Positions 46,487-57,044 of a stretch of 64,000 nt of DNA are shown piece after piece (position 1 is the first letter of the stretch; every line of letters starts with the position of its first letter). Under the pieces are notes generated by a model that saw only the letters and a list, made by a program, of their open reading frames with translations, searched no databases and was not told the DNA's origin. The stretch is taken from the NCBI GenBank assembly GCA_963677695.2, contig CAXXUJ010000002.1, positions 484,777-548,776 of the forward strand, in the 5' to 3' direction. Both the position numbers and the translations under genes were made by a program. The stretch is from Sphaerochaetaceae bacterium (GTDB lineage: Bacteria; Spirochaetota; Spirochaetia; Sphaerochaetales; Sphaerochaetaceae).

Positions 46487-49483
46487 TCAATAGAGATTGG
46501 AAGTGATCGCAAGAACAAGCTTCAATCCCTGTGTGGCATCACTTGAGGAACCGAAGATAGCACCGCCATCCCAGATGAAATCACCGCCGTTCTCTATCGA
46601 TGCATTCTTCACGAGATAGAGACCGAGGGGGAACCCGGGAACTTTGAGCCGGATACCTACACCTGCTGCGAAATACCAGTCAAGAGGAGAACTTCCGAGA
46701 TCCGTGAGATCGGAAAGTACACTAGTTCCAGAGACAAAGGCCTCGGCCCAGAGGACATTCTGTGCAACCTGCATGGAGATATCGATTGAAGAATCCCAGA
46801 GGAATTCCTTGTAGAAGGTGGGTGTTATTCCACGTGCAATGGTCATACCGTCAATATAGAGGTATTCGTACATGCTTGCACTGATACCTGTGGTCCAGGT
46901 ACCGCTGTCCTGATAGAACTGATCAAAGAGGAACGAAACAGTGGAATTGACGCTGGCAACTACCGGAATCGGTTTTTCTCCAGGAATCTCAAAGAGCTTA
47001 AGGAATGCTGATGCACTCGTGCTTGATTTCACATAGTTGCTGAGACCGCCGAGAAGTCCTCCTGAGTACACAAAGTTCTGTGAGAGGAGGTATCCCTTGG
47101 TGGTATTGTTCACAAGATCTCGTCCATCCCAGCTGAGAGTAAGTGAAATTCTGTTGCTCAGCTGCCAGCCTTCTTCATACTTTCCGATAAGATAATCATA
47201 CGGGGTATAAATGGTGGGATCAAACAGTGCGCGGTTGAAGGTGACAGCAGGTCCGCCACCTACTGAGAGTCTTCCAGCGTCATAGACGAAGGTGTATCCC
47301 GAGGAATATCCGAGGGTGAATTTCAGAGAGGTATAGGGCATAAGGTAGATAGAATCGGGAGAAGGTTTGCCGAGAGCTTCCCACTGAGCATAGGAGGTGT
47401 ACGGGTACGGATAGGCTTCATTGTCTCGTGACTGCGTTGTAGGAGATCCGTCTCCAAGAATAAGACCGCTGGTGATATCTGAACGTTTAAACTGCAGGTT
47501 GATCGCATTTGACCATCTCTTGTCACCCACCCAGTCATCAGCGAACTTCAGGTTGACCGACTGGGAGTCGGGAGAAAGCTCGGTTGATACTGTCAGGTCT
47601 CTTCCCGTACCGGCGAGGTTTGTATCCTCCCAGGAGAGGAAACCGCTTACAGGGAATCCGTCGACATTACCGCCGAAGGTCGCTCCGAAACCGATATTCA
47701 TCTGATTCCCCTCAGTCACGGTATAGGTCACCACAAGAGTGTTTTCCTGGCTTCCGTAGTTGATTGAAGGAACAACATCGGTCAGCAGTCCGGTGTTATA
47801 GAGATTCTGTGCACTCTGAATATATTTCTTCTTACTGAAAATATCACCCTTGTTCAAAGCAAGTTCACGTCTCAGTACATATTCCTTAGTCTTCTCAAGT
47901 CCTTTTATGACAACCTCTTCAACAGTTGCCTGTCCTCTTTCGGTAATATTCATGATATAGAGAATCGAATGGAATTCTTCATTTCTCTCTTCCTGAATAT
48001 CGATCGTATTCTGGACATACCCTTCGTTCCAGTACAGATCTGCTATATTGCTTATATCCTGCTGTACCTTGGTAATGTTAAGAACATCCCCCGCATGCAT
48101 AGAGGTGATAAGATCAAAATCTGTCTGGCTGTAAATCGATGAACCCTTCACCTGAAGTCCTGAGAAGAACCACTGATTCCCTTCGTCGATAACGAAATTC
48201 ACTGAGAGAATCTTTTTGGTCGGGTCATCCTGAGTAATCTCCTTCAGTTCTACATCGGTTACCTTCGCATCGATGTACCCCTGAGTCTGATACGATAGTT
48301 CAATGGCCTGCCTGTCCTTCGTGATCAGGTCTTCCTGGAAATTACCTTTGTAAAACAGGGACTGAACTTTTGATTCCAGAAGTTTCTTCAGTACATTTTC
48401 AGCCATATTATCGTTACCGCTGAAGGTGATCTCATCAATCTTGCTCTGACGACCCTCGGTGATATCGTAGGTTAAGGCAATGGTATTTAAAGTTTCATCA
48501 ATGGCATAGGAAGAGGTGACTTCCACAGACTGATAGCCTCTCTCTCTATAGACCTGAGCGATTTCGTCAGCCCCTGACTTGACTTTCGTGATGGAAAGAA
48601 AGTCATCGGTCTTCAGTGTGAGTGCATCGGTGAGTACACGGCTTTTAATACCTGCATTCCCGATATATTCGATGGAAGCGATAACTGGGAGCTCGCTCAG
48701 GTTGAAGTTGACAAACAGGTCCTGATTTCCTACTCCACCCCGCTTCATCTCCGACTCAATGAGACTGAATTTTCCCATAGCCTGAATCTTTGATTCGATT
48801 TCTTTATAGAGAGCCTGAGTATACTGGCTTCCGATATAGGGATAGGTGATATCTTCAAGATCGGCTCTTTCAACATTATGGAGGTTTGAGAAGGTGAATC
48901 CCTTGATCACCTTCTGAATATACCAGTCATATTCCTTGATCTGGTAAGTGGCAACGACACCTGTTCCACTTTCATTTTCACTCGATATGTAGGTGATATC
49001 TACAGTGTCATATCCTTTCGTGCTGTAGAAATCCTTTAATGTCTGAATGGCATCTTCATACGCTTTGGTCGAATAGATCTCGTTTTCATTCAGAGGATAT
49101 GCTCCCTGCAGTTCCTCACTTGCAACAAGAGAATTCCCCTTGAACACAACCTGTGCGAGGGGAAGGGCTTCAATAATTTCAAAATAGAGAATAGATTCCG
49201 TTTTTCCCTGCTCGGAAGGGGAAGGGAATACATCCACAGAGAGGACAAGACCGGTATCATAGATCTGCTGTATGACTGTGTCTACCTGAGTCTGCGAGTA
49301 GGTTCTTCCTGCGAGAGGCTCAGTCAGCACCTCGAGTTCTGCCACATCGATTGTTTCCGCTCCGACTATGATCGCTTCCTGGACGGTTGAAGATTCCCAC
49401 CAGGGCTCAGGACTGTCATCTGCAAAGAGAGAAACCCCTAACAGGAGCAGGATAGCTATGATGATAGATACTTTATTATTCAT
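46487..49483 (-). CDS. bamA: outer membrane protein assembly factor BamA (Omp85 family) with about seven POTRA-like repeats
   Basis: 998 aa. A signal peptide is followed by repeated ~80-aa units, each ending in a ...xExG-like strand. The C-terminal ~400-aa region has a beta-barrel pattern (alternating-residue strands, G/Y/S/T-rich loops). Confidence 0.88.
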   Translation of the reverse strand: MNNKVSIIIAILLLLGVSLFADDSPEPWWESSTVQEAIIVGAETIDVAELEVLTEPLAGRTYSQTQVDTVIQQIYDTGLVLSVDVFPSPSEQGKTESILYFEIIEALPLAQVVFKGNSLVASEELQGAYPLNENEIYSTKAYEDAIQTLKDFYSTKGYDTVDITYISSENESGTGVVATYQIKEYDWYIQKVIKGFTFSNLHNVERADLEDITYPYIGSQYTQALYKEIESKIQAMGKFSLIESEMKRGGVGNQDLFVNFNLSELPVIASIEYIGNAGIKSRVLTDALTLKTDDFLSITKVKSGADEIAQVYRERGYQSVEVTSSYAIDETLNTIALTYDITEGRQSKIDEITFSGNDNMAENVLKKLLESKVQSLFYKGNFQEDLITKDRQAIELSYQTQGYIDAKVTDVELKEITQDDPTKKILSVNFVIDEGNQWFFSGLQVKGSSIYSQTDFDLITSMHAGDVLNITKVQQDISNIADLYWNEGYVQNTIDIQEERNEEFHSILYIMNITERGQATVEEVVIKGLEKTKEYVLRRELALNKGDIFSKKKYIQSAQNLYNTGLLTDVVPSINYGSQENTLVVTYTVTEGNQMNIGFGATFGGNVDGFPVSGFLSWEDTNLAGTGRDLTVSTELSPDSQSVNLKFADDWVGDKRWSNAINLQFKRSDITSGLILGDGSPTTQSRDNEAYPYPYTSYAQWEALGKPSPDSIYLMPYTSLKFTLGYSSGYTFVYDAGRLSVGGGPAVTFNRALFDPTIYTPYDYLIGKYEEGWQLSNRISLTLSWDGRDLVNNTTKGYLLSQNFVYSGGLLGGLSNYVKSSTSASAFLKLFEIPGEKPIPVVASVNSTVSFLFDQFYQDSGTWTTGISASMYEYLYIDGMTIARGITPTFYKEFLWDSSIDISMQVAQNVLWAEAFVSGTSVLSDLTDLGSSPLDWYFAAGVGIRLKVPGFPLGLYLVKNASIENGGDFIWDGGAIFGSSSDATQGLKLVLAITSNLY

Positions 49484-49494
49484 GAAAACTCCTC

Positions 49495-52400
49495 TCAGAA
49501 TTCAATGCTTTTCGTGACACTGAATCCCATAGTATCGAATATATTAAAGAGAGACAACTCATTCGGCTGGGTAAAGAATGAGAAGGTAGCCAGCGGATTC
49601 AGCCACTCGACACTCAGCTCGGTATCGAGCGAAAGATCGGGGGCAAGGAAGGAATTCTGCGTCCCGCTTGAATCCCTTCTGAGGGAGATCAGTCCCTGCA
49701 GATATAGTTCATCGGCAAGGTATTTGCCGAGATAGAAGGTCGTATTATCGAGGTAGCGTCCGAACGGTGAAACGTTTGTGTTGTCGGTCGCTCCCGGTAT
49801 GGCATCGAGGAGGATGTTCTGCAGAAGATTGCTTCGGATGGTGAATACATCAAGTCCCAATGCTTCCCTGATAACTGAGGAGAACCCGAAGGATATCGTA
49901 TTTCCCTGAATGAGACCGAAACGGGTGATCACATCTGTAGCTGCAGTAGCTGCATTCAGTACCGATTGGTACCCTGTATCATTGGTGGACGAGAACCCTG
50001 AACTCAGGAGATTCTGGCCGAGAAGCTGAAGAATTTCGTTGTCGGTTCGTGCGGGAATAGAATCAAACCTTGGTTCTATTTCGGTCAGGAGTGCATTCTG
50101 AAGGTTTAAATAGATATCTATCCTTTCCCCGTCCGTATTGAATTTCCTCAACCTTGCCCTGAGACTTACTCGCGGCATCATCTCCTGAAGGGAGGTTCCC
50201 TCCCCTTCCTGAAAATGGATCATACCTTCTGTGATATAGAAGTTCTCCTGGACATAGTAGATCTCCCCGCTGCGAAGACCGATATCTCCGGAGAATGAAT
50301 AGATCATCTCTGGAGCGAGCATGCTCAGTGACATCTTTTGGTTGTCCTGAACAGTTGCACTTACGATGGGAGATTCACTGTTGGGATAGACGAAACTGAC
50401 ATTCTTTCCACTTGTGAAGGTAAAGTCAGCACTCGTTCTCGCTCGGGGGATATACCAGAAAGGAAGATCGGGAATACCGAAACTGATCTCTGCACTCGGT
50501 GCGTATATATCTCCGTGAAGCGTTTCCCCTGAAAGTGTTCCATCCATGGAGAAAGACCCGTTCACTTCACCTTTGACCAGCATATCGATATTGGTGATGG
50601 GTATGTAAATAGGAATGGTCCCCTTCTTTATCTGGGCTGCCATTTCATAAGAATCAAGATTCCAGTTGGCGAAATCGGCTGTGATACTGAACTGCCCTGT
50701 AGCCGGAACTCTCCCGTCTCCGAATGCGTGTGCTGAGGTATAGGGAAGAGTGAAGGTCTTGTTATCTAGAGATACCAAAGGATTTTCAACCTTCAGGGTC
50801 ACTCCGGGGAGCCAGTACAGTGAAAGAGAAAGATCTGTACCGCTCATTGTTCCCCAGTACCCTGGATTAAGCGGATCTCCTTCAATGAGCACCGAACCGG
50901 ACATCAGACCGGTGTTGAAGAAGACACTCGGGTCAGGAAATACCGCGTTTATGTAGGTGAAATCAAATTCAACATAGGAAAGATCAAGAGAGATGAAATC
51001 CTTTGTTAGTGTCCCCTCCCCTTTCATCGGGAACAGGAAGTCCTGTCCTGCGTCAATGGAAATATCACCATTATTCATGTTGTACATGAGATCGAGGTAC
51101 CCTCCATCTTCTGGGAGAACCGAAAGGATATCATCCTCTACATGTATCGTATGAACACTGTCAGGCATTGTCAGGGTATTGAGCAGCGATACATTGCTGA
51201 CAGAGAGGGTGATATCGGGAAGATGATTGGGTAAAGAAAGGAGTTCACTGATTCCTTCAAACATGTTGTCTACCGGATTGAGGGTAAGATCAGCTTTCAC
51301 ATCTGCAGTCGTGGAGGCATCCCTGTGTATCATTGAAAAATCATGAAGGTAGGAGGCGCCTATGTTTAGAGAACCGTCATACAGGTAGGAGAACATATCT
51401 CCAGTGATCGAGGCATTCCCATTCACATACGACCCGTTTTCCAGAAAGATCCCATCTTTATCTACAGATATCTCGGTTGTGTAAGTGCTTTCGTTATCAA
51501 GGAAATGGAGTTCCAGTTCCCCCTCAAGTTCTGCTCTTGAAGGAATATCAATCATGCCGTTCATGGCAAGAGATGCTGTCAAATTCTCTGTGAAAGGATG
51601 GAAACGTGACAGGTTCAGATTATCTATGTTCAGGGAAACTGCAGGATCGATATTCAGTTCCCTGTCGGGCATTAATCGTATGAACTCTACAGATTCACCC
51701 TCACCTCTCAGTGAAACAGAAATGAGTGCATCATTCAGTACCTTTGAAAGTGACCAGGAACCTTCGCCTATCGATATCTTTGCATTACCATTGATGGTAT
51801 TGAAGGAATCTTCCCAAACAATTCGTTCGATATCAAGGGAAGATTCATTAAGCGTGAAGGTGAGATCGGCGCTTGCATTCTCTATCTGAAGATTTGAATA
51901 GCCTGTAAGTGAGATAGAAGGAGAAGTTACCGTGTAGGTGGAATCAGGAATTGAATAATTCCCCTCAATATGTCCATTGAGTCGGGGAGAATCTCCCGTG
52001 AATGGAATCATACCGTCAGGAATAAGGAATCCGTTCGCATCGAACGTGCCGTTAAGATACGCATTCTGTTCATCGAGTTTCAACCTCATTTGAAGATGAG
52101 GTATGGAACCTTCAAGGGTCATAGTATCAAGATACAGGGAGGCGATATATGGATGAACCTCTTCATAGAGAGTGATGTCACCTGCAGTGGAGATCAGGTT
52201 GTCACCCACTCTCCTCAAGGTTCCCGATCCTTCAAGGAACGGCATGAGGGAAGATGATAGTGTATATCCGAAGACGTTCTGTGAAGACTGACTGAAAAGA
52301 GCATGTGCATAGCTTCTTCCTGTTTCAACATTGATTGCTACGAGTTCCCCTCTCGGGAATAGTGTGCCCCTATCTATCTCACCGTTGAAAGCAACGCGGA

Positions 52401-54204
52401 AGCCCTCTGTCGTCACAGTTGCAGAGGGAATGGTAAACGTGTGCTCATCTGAATTAAGATTCATTGTTGCTGCACCATTCATCGTGACGTCACCTACATG
52501 AATGTGAGTAAGGGCAGCTGAAACATTCATCTGAATCCTGGTAAAAGAAGGATCCCATGATCCCCTGAAATCTCCGGTGAATCGGGAATTCCTGTCGGTA
52601 TAGGAGAGCACCTCGGGTGCAAAGATATTGAATACTTCCCTGTACGGCTCAAGAAGAAGAGACTGAGAACTCAGGTTGACAGATTGGTCCCGCGACTCAA
52701 GATTCATTGAATAGGCAACCTCAAGACTGTTCCCCTGACGGACCTCTGCTGTTATGTTTTTCCCTTCTTCTCCACTAGAATAATCAAATGATCCCTCTAA
52801 AAGAGCATCAATCATTGATAGAGATACGTTCTTCCCCCTGACTGAGAGAGATTCAATGTCCCAATCTTTATCGAAATTCCCGTTTGCGAACATGAGGGCA
52901 GACATAGAAGAATTGACTGGAGAAGTGAGATCGAGCGTCAGATCGCCATCTGCCTCCCATTCACTTGTTCCATCACCTCTCCTGAATTGTGCATACATGG
53001 AGGGGTTATCGATAACAGCGGAAGTGAACGAAATATCTGAACTGAAAGCATTCAATAATTGTTCAGAGGCACTGATAGAATCAGAGAAGGTATAGAGCGT
53101 TATGGAATCTTCACCCGAAAGGTAGCTGAAAGAAGTGTCCTTTCCAGTCACACTCTTATTTCCTGGAAGAATCACATTGAATCCCTGAGGCAATGCACAG
53201 GAAAATTGGGTAAAAGAAGTATCTCCGGTAAGAGATAACGCAGGAGTGGTAAAAGAGAGATCTGAATAGGTCACTTCCAAAGCAGAAGTGTTGACTGTTC
53301 CGGCCATGCCGGTAAGCAGGGAACCTTCAGCATCAACAGAGATTGAGGATACACTCACCCCTGCATATTCATCATTCCCGATGAACACATTCCCATTGAA
53401 AGACCGCGCAGATAGTAGAAGAGAATTTCCCTCCTTGAAGAAAATAGAAAAAGCTTCTCCATGGAGATCTTCTATAACCTGATCAGCTTCTGCTTCGATA
53501 GAACGTACACTCCCTTGAAATGAAGTGATGCTCCCATTCTGGAGAATTCCAGAGAAAGCAGAGGTCTCAACTGAACCGCTGAAACTTTCTGCAGATACCT
53601 GAGCTTTCTCGAGTTCCGATGAAAAGGAGTGGAGTTCCCCGTCATGCAGACCGAGTTTTATGTGTTCTATATCTGCCTCCCCCTGATATCTTCTCCCATT
53701 CCACTGAACCGATATATCCTGGATCGTAACCGATCCGTTCAAGGCGAGCTGTACTGTAGATTCTGTCCCTGAGCTCTGCAGTTGTTTCATCATCTCAAAT
53801 AGATGTGTCTCATTCTCCTCTGTCACTGAAAGGGCTACCGTATGTATTTCTACAGGGATTGACCGAGAGAACAGGTATCTGGGAAGGAGGGCATAGAGGG
53901 GCTGTGATATCTCGATGGTATCTATGGAGAGCATTTCATGTCCTGAAGTATCGGTCACATGAATTCCATCAATATGTACCCTCGATAATACATCTGATGC
54001 AACGGAATCAAAAGTAATCTGAACATCGAGACTCTCTTCGACATTCTGTCTGAACTCAATGACACGTGAGGTGATACGTTCAAGAAACATTGTCGAAAGA
54101 GGAAACAAAGAGAGAATGATCAGTGTAGCGGCAAGAACCGAGCCAGCTATGATCCTGGTTGATGTGGTTGCATGAAACAGACTTTTTTTACTCACGTTCC
54201 TCAA
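49495..54204 (-). CDS. tamB: translocation and assembly module protein TamB (AsmA-like, DUF490 C-terminus)
   Basis: 1569 aa with a TTG start. An N-terminal TM anchor is followed by a long beta-rich body. The C-terminal region (IPARTDNEILQLLGQNLL ... FYLGKYLADELYLQGLISL ... LSVEWLNPL) resembles the TamB DUF490 domain. It lies immediately upstream of bamA. Confidence 0.85.
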   Translation of the reverse strand: MRNVSKKSLFHATTSTRIIAGSVLAATLIILSLFPLSTMFLERITSRVIEFRQNVEESLDVQITFDSVASDVLSRVHIDGIHVTDTSGHEMLSIDTIEISQPLYALLPRYLFSRSIPVEIHTVALSVTEENETHLFEMMKQLQSSGTESTVQLALNGSVTIQDISVQWNGRRYQGEADIEHIKLGLHDGELHSFSSELEKAQVSAESFSGSVETSAFSGILQNGSITSFQGSVRSIEAEADQVIEDLHGEAFSIFFKEGNSLLLSARSFNGNVFIGNDEYAGVSVSSISVDAEGSLLTGMAGTVNTSALEVTYSDLSFTTPALSLTGDTSFTQFSCALPQGFNVILPGNKSVTGKDTSFSYLSGEDSITLYTFSDSISASEQLLNAFSSDISFTSAVIDNPSMYAQFRRGDGTSEWEADGDLTLDLTSPVNSSMSALMFANGNFDKDWDIESLSVRGKNVSLSMIDALLEGSFDYSSGEEGKNITAEVRQGNSLEVAYSMNLESRDQSVNLSSQSLLLEPYREVFNIFAPEVLSYTDRNSRFTGDFRGSWDPSFTRIQMNVSAALTHIHVGDVTMNGAATMNLNSDEHTFTIPSATVTTEGFRVAFNGEIDRGTLFPRGELVAINVETGRSYAHALFSQSSQNVFGYTLSSSLMPFLEGSGTLRRVGDNLISTAGDITLYEEVHPYIASLYLDTMTLEGSIPHLQMRLKLDEQNAYLNGTFDANGFLIPDGMIPFTGDSPRLNGHIEGNYSIPDSTYTVTSPSISLTGYSNLQIENASADLTFTLNESSLDIERIVWEDSFNTINGNAKISIGEGSWSLSKVLNDALISVSLRGEGESVEFIRLMPDRELNIDPAVSLNIDNLNLSRFHPFTENLTASLAMNGMIDIPSRAELEGELELHFLDNESTYTTEISVDKDGIFLENGSYVNGNASITGDMFSYLYDGSLNIGASYLHDFSMIHRDASTTADVKADLTLNPVDNMFEGISELLSLPNHLPDITLSVSNVSLLNTLTMPDSVHTIHVEDDILSVLPEDGGYLDLMYNMNNGDISIDAGQDFLFPMKGEGTLTKDFISLDLSYVEFDFTYINAVFPDPSVFFNTGLMSGSVLIEGDPLNPGYWGTMSGTDLSLSLYWLPGVTLKVENPLVSLDNKTFTLPYTSAHAFGDGRVPATGQFSITADFANWNLDSYEMAAQIKKGTIPIYIPITNIDMLVKGEVNGSFSMDGTLSGETLHGDIYAPSAEISFGIPDLPFWYIPRARTSADFTFTSGKNVSFVYPNSESPIVSATVQDNQKMSLSMLAPEMIYSFSGDIGLRSGEIYYVQENFYITEGMIHFQEGEGTSLQEMMPRVSLRARLRKFNTDGERIDIYLNLQNALLTEIEPRFDSIPARTDNEILQLLGQNLLSSGFSSTNDTGYQSVLNAATAATDVITRFGLIQGNTISFGFSSVIREALGLDVFTIRSNLLQNILLDAIPGATDNTNVSPFGRYLDNTTFYLGKYLADELYLQGLISLRRDSSGTQNSFLAPDLSLDTELSVEWLNPLATFSFFTQPNELSLFNIFDTMGFSVTKSIEF

Positions 54205-54367
54205 GTATAACGGGAATTGTTTTTAGCAACAAACCCTTTTACGAGGTAAAACATATAACACCGTCAGAGGTGACATTCCAGATGGGATTCTCTCCATTTT
54301 TACCTGAATGAATTGTCATCTCTCTCAACTTTCATTACACTTGGAAGACACAGGTGAGGAGGTATGC

Positions 54368-54988
54368 ATGAAGCGTATTCTTGATAATTTTATTGTACTC
54401 GAAGGACTTGACGGGTCCGGGACTACGACACAGCTGAAGGAAATTGTTGAAAGATTCGACATGCAGTCAATTCCCGTTCATGCGACATTTGAACCGACGG
54501 GTTCCCCGTTCGGAAAAATTGTCCGTTCAGTGCTGAAAAAGGAGATTGTAACAACTCCCCTGGCCTTAGCGCACCTCTTTGCCGCAGACAGGGAAGATCA
54601 TCTTCACAATCCTGTACACGGAATCACAGGAATGATCGAGAAAGGGGAGACCATCATCTGTGACAGGTACCTCTTTTCCTCCCTTGCCTACCAGTCCATC
54701 GAATGTGGGTACGAGAAGGTTGAAGAACTCAACGATTTCCCCTACCCCCGTTTCATCTTCTATATCGACACCCCGACTGACGTATGTATGGAAAGGATCT
54801 ATACGAGAAATGAGGAAACTGAACTCTTTGAGGAGCATTCCTATCTCAATAAAGTACGAGAATTTTATGAAAGGGCTTTTTCAACGCTTCCTGAAGAGGT
54901 GAATTTCATCAGGATCGACGGAAGGAAAACAATAGAAGAGATTACAGTGGAAATCGAATCTGTACTTAAAGATAAAGGACTTCTGTAG
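54368..54988 (+). CDS. tmk: thymidylate kinase family protein (atypical P-loop)
   Basis: The Met at 54368 follows GGTGAGGAGG. It aligns by eye to E. coli Tmk (VLEGLDGSGTTTQ vs VIEGLEGAGKTTA; DRYLFSSLAYQ vs DRHDLSTQAYQ). The P-loop Lys is replaced by Thr. Confidence 0.82.
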   Translation: MKRILDNFIVLEGLDGSGTTTQLKEIVERFDMQSIPVHATFEPTGSPFGKIVRSVLKKEIVTTPLALAHLFAADREDHLHNPVHGITGMIEKGETIICDRYLFSSLAYQSIECGYEKVEELNDFPYPRFIFYIDTPTDVCMERIYTRNEETELFEEHSYLNKVREFYERAFSTLPEEVNFIRIDGRKTIEEITVEIESVLKDKGLL

Positions 54989-54990
54989 AT

Positions 54991-56019
54991 CTACAGGATC
55001 AGCATCGCATCTCCGTAACTGAAGAACCGATACTCCTTCTCCACCGCGTGCTCGTATGCCTTCATGATCTGCTCTTTCGATGAAAAAGAAGAGACAAGGA
55101 CAAGGAGGGTTGATTCGGGTGTATGAAAATTGGTCATGAGATGATCCACCACCTGAAAGGTATATCCCGGGGTAATAAATAATCTGGTCGAGCCCTTTCC
55201 AGTCTGCAGGGTCTGTGATTCAGCATTCCAGGCACTTTCAAGCGTTCTCACGCTGGTCGTGCCGACAGCAATCACTTTCCTTCCGCTCTTTTTCGCATCA
55301 TTGATCACTTTCGCTGTCTCTTCTGATATCTCGTAGTACTCGGTGTGCATCATATGGTCTTCAAGGTGTTCACTGCGAACCGGAAGGAAGGTACCAGGTC
55401 CCACATGCAGAGTGACAGGAGCAACTGTGATACCCTTTGTTGTTAGAGTATCGAGGATATCCTGAGTGAAATGGAGACCGGCTGTCGGAGCGGCGACCGA
55501 GCCGCTGGTATCGGCATACACTGTCTGATACCGTGATGCGTCGAGGAATTCATCATCACGTCTGATATAAGGAGGGAGAGGGATATGACCTACGGAATCA
55601 AAAAACGTATCGTCCAGCGGGACATTCGTCTTCAACACCTTTCCGTCTTCATTCTCCCCTGTAATCTCCCCGGTGACAGATGTGTCATCGGTAAACGTGA
55701 AAGTTTTACCTATCTTCTGTTTTTTTGATTTACTGGTCATGACAAGCCAGTGAAGTGAGTCGATCTGGTTAAGGAATAGGAATTCCACCTTTCCACCGTT
55801 TTCGCTTCTACCGTACACGCGTGCCTTTCTCACCTTTGAGTTGTTGACAACGAGAACCGATCCTTCGGAAAGATATGTAGAAAGAGCATCGACTGATGTA
55901 TCGGTAAGATTTCCTGTACTGCGGTCTAGAACAAGCAGACGGCTCGTACCTCTCCTGTCGGAAGGATACTGGGCTATCAGATGTTCGGGAAGATTAAAAG
56001 AGAATTCCCTGATTTCCAT
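54991..56019 (-). CDS. queA: S-adenosylmethionine:tRNA ribosyltransferase-isomerase
   Basis: 342 aa. [36 protein letters not shown] and [10 protein letters not shown] motifs. Confidence 0.95.
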   Translation of the reverse strand: MEIREFSFNLPEHLIAQYPSDRRGTSRLLVLDRSTGNLTDTSVDALSTYLSEGSVLVVNNSKVRKARVYGRSENGGKVEFLFLNQIDSLHWLVMTSKSKKQKIGKTFTFTDDTSVTGEITGENEDGKVLKTNVPLDDTFFDSVGHIPLPPYIRRDDEFLDASRYQTVYADTSGSVAAPTAGLHFTQDILDTLTTKGITVAPVTLHVGPGTFLPVRSEHLEDHMMHTEYYEISEETAKVINDAKKSGRKVIAVGTTSVRTLESAWNAESQTLQTGKGSTRLFITPGYTFQVVDHLMTNFHTPESTLLVLVSSFSSKEQIMKAYEHAVEKEYRFFSYGDAMLIL

Positions 56020-57040
56020 CTTTCCTTTCCTTTGTAGTGTGTCCTAATAGATCGTATGCCTTCTGTGTCACCATTCTTCCCCGCGGGGTTCTTTTCAGGT
56101 ACCCCTTCTGAATCAGATAGGGTTCATAGAAATCCTCAAGGGATTCAATCGCTTCACCGACGCTGATGGCAAGGGTTTCGGCACCTACAGGACCTCCTCC
56201 GTAATAATCGATGATCGCTCGGAGAATATTTCTGTCCTGTTCTTCAAGTCCGTTCCCGTCGATTCCGAGGCGCTGCATACTGCTCTGAACGATCTCTTCA
56301 TCGATGACACCATTTCCAAGGACGCTTGCATAGTCCCTCAGACGCCTGAGCAGTCTGTTCGCGATACGGGGTGTACCCCGTGAGCTTCTTGCAAGAATCT
56401 TTGTCGCCTCATCAGTAATCTTCACATCCAGAAGAGTGCTTGATCGCTTTATGATAGCTGAAAGCTCATCATCACTGTAGAACTCGATTCTGCAGGTGAT
56501 GCCGAATCGGGAGTAGAGGGGAGAGGAGACCTGACCTGCCTTGGTCGTGGCACCGATGAGGGTGAACTTAGGTATGGGAATACGAATCGTCCTGGCTGCA
56601 GGCCCCTGCCCTATGATCCAGTCAATCTCATAGTCTTCCATAGCGATATAGAGCATCTCTTCAAGAGCGGGTCTCATCCGGTGGATTTCATCTATAAAGA
56701 ATATACTGTTCTCAGTCACATTGGTAAGGATTCCGGCAAGGTCCTTCGGTTTCTCAAGGGCTGGCGCTGAAGTCATACGGATCTCAGAGCCCATCTCATT
56801 TGCGATAATGGATGCCAGGGTCGTTTTCCCGAGCCCCGGGGGACCGATAAGGAAAACATGGTCTAGGGAATCGGTTCTCTCACGGGCAGCCTTGATAAAG
56901 ATATCGAGGTTTTCCTTCATCGTATCCTGTCCCTGAAAATCCTTCAGCATCTTAGGCCGGAGGATATTTTCATGAGAATCGTTGTCTTCCTGAAATGAGG
57001 TCGAAACAAAGGATGTTTCGTTTAGATCTTCTGTGTTCAC
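55994..57040 (-). CDS. ruvB: Holliday junction branch migration DNA helicase RuvB
   Basis: 348 aa with a GTG start. Walker [12 protein letters not shown], Walker B FIDEIHR, and RTPRGR near the C-terminus. Confidence 0.97.
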   Translation of the reverse strand: MNTEDLNETSFVSTSFQEDNDSHENILRPKMLKDFQGQDTMKENLDIFIKAARERTDSLDHVFLIGPPGLGKTTLASIIANEMGSEIRMTSAPALEKPKDLAGILTNVTENSIFFIDEIHRMRPALEEMLYIAMEDYEIDWIIGQGPAARTIRIPIPKFTLIGATTKAGQVSSPLYSRFGITCRIEFYSDDELSAIIKRSSTLLDVKITDEATKILARSSRGTPRIANRLLRRLRDYASVLGNGVIDEEIVQSSMQRLGIDGNGLEEQDRNILRAIIDYYGGGPVGAETLAISVGEAIESLEDFYEPYLIQKGYLKRTPRGRMVTQKAYDLLGHTTKERKDGNQGILF

Positions 57041-57044
57041 TCAC

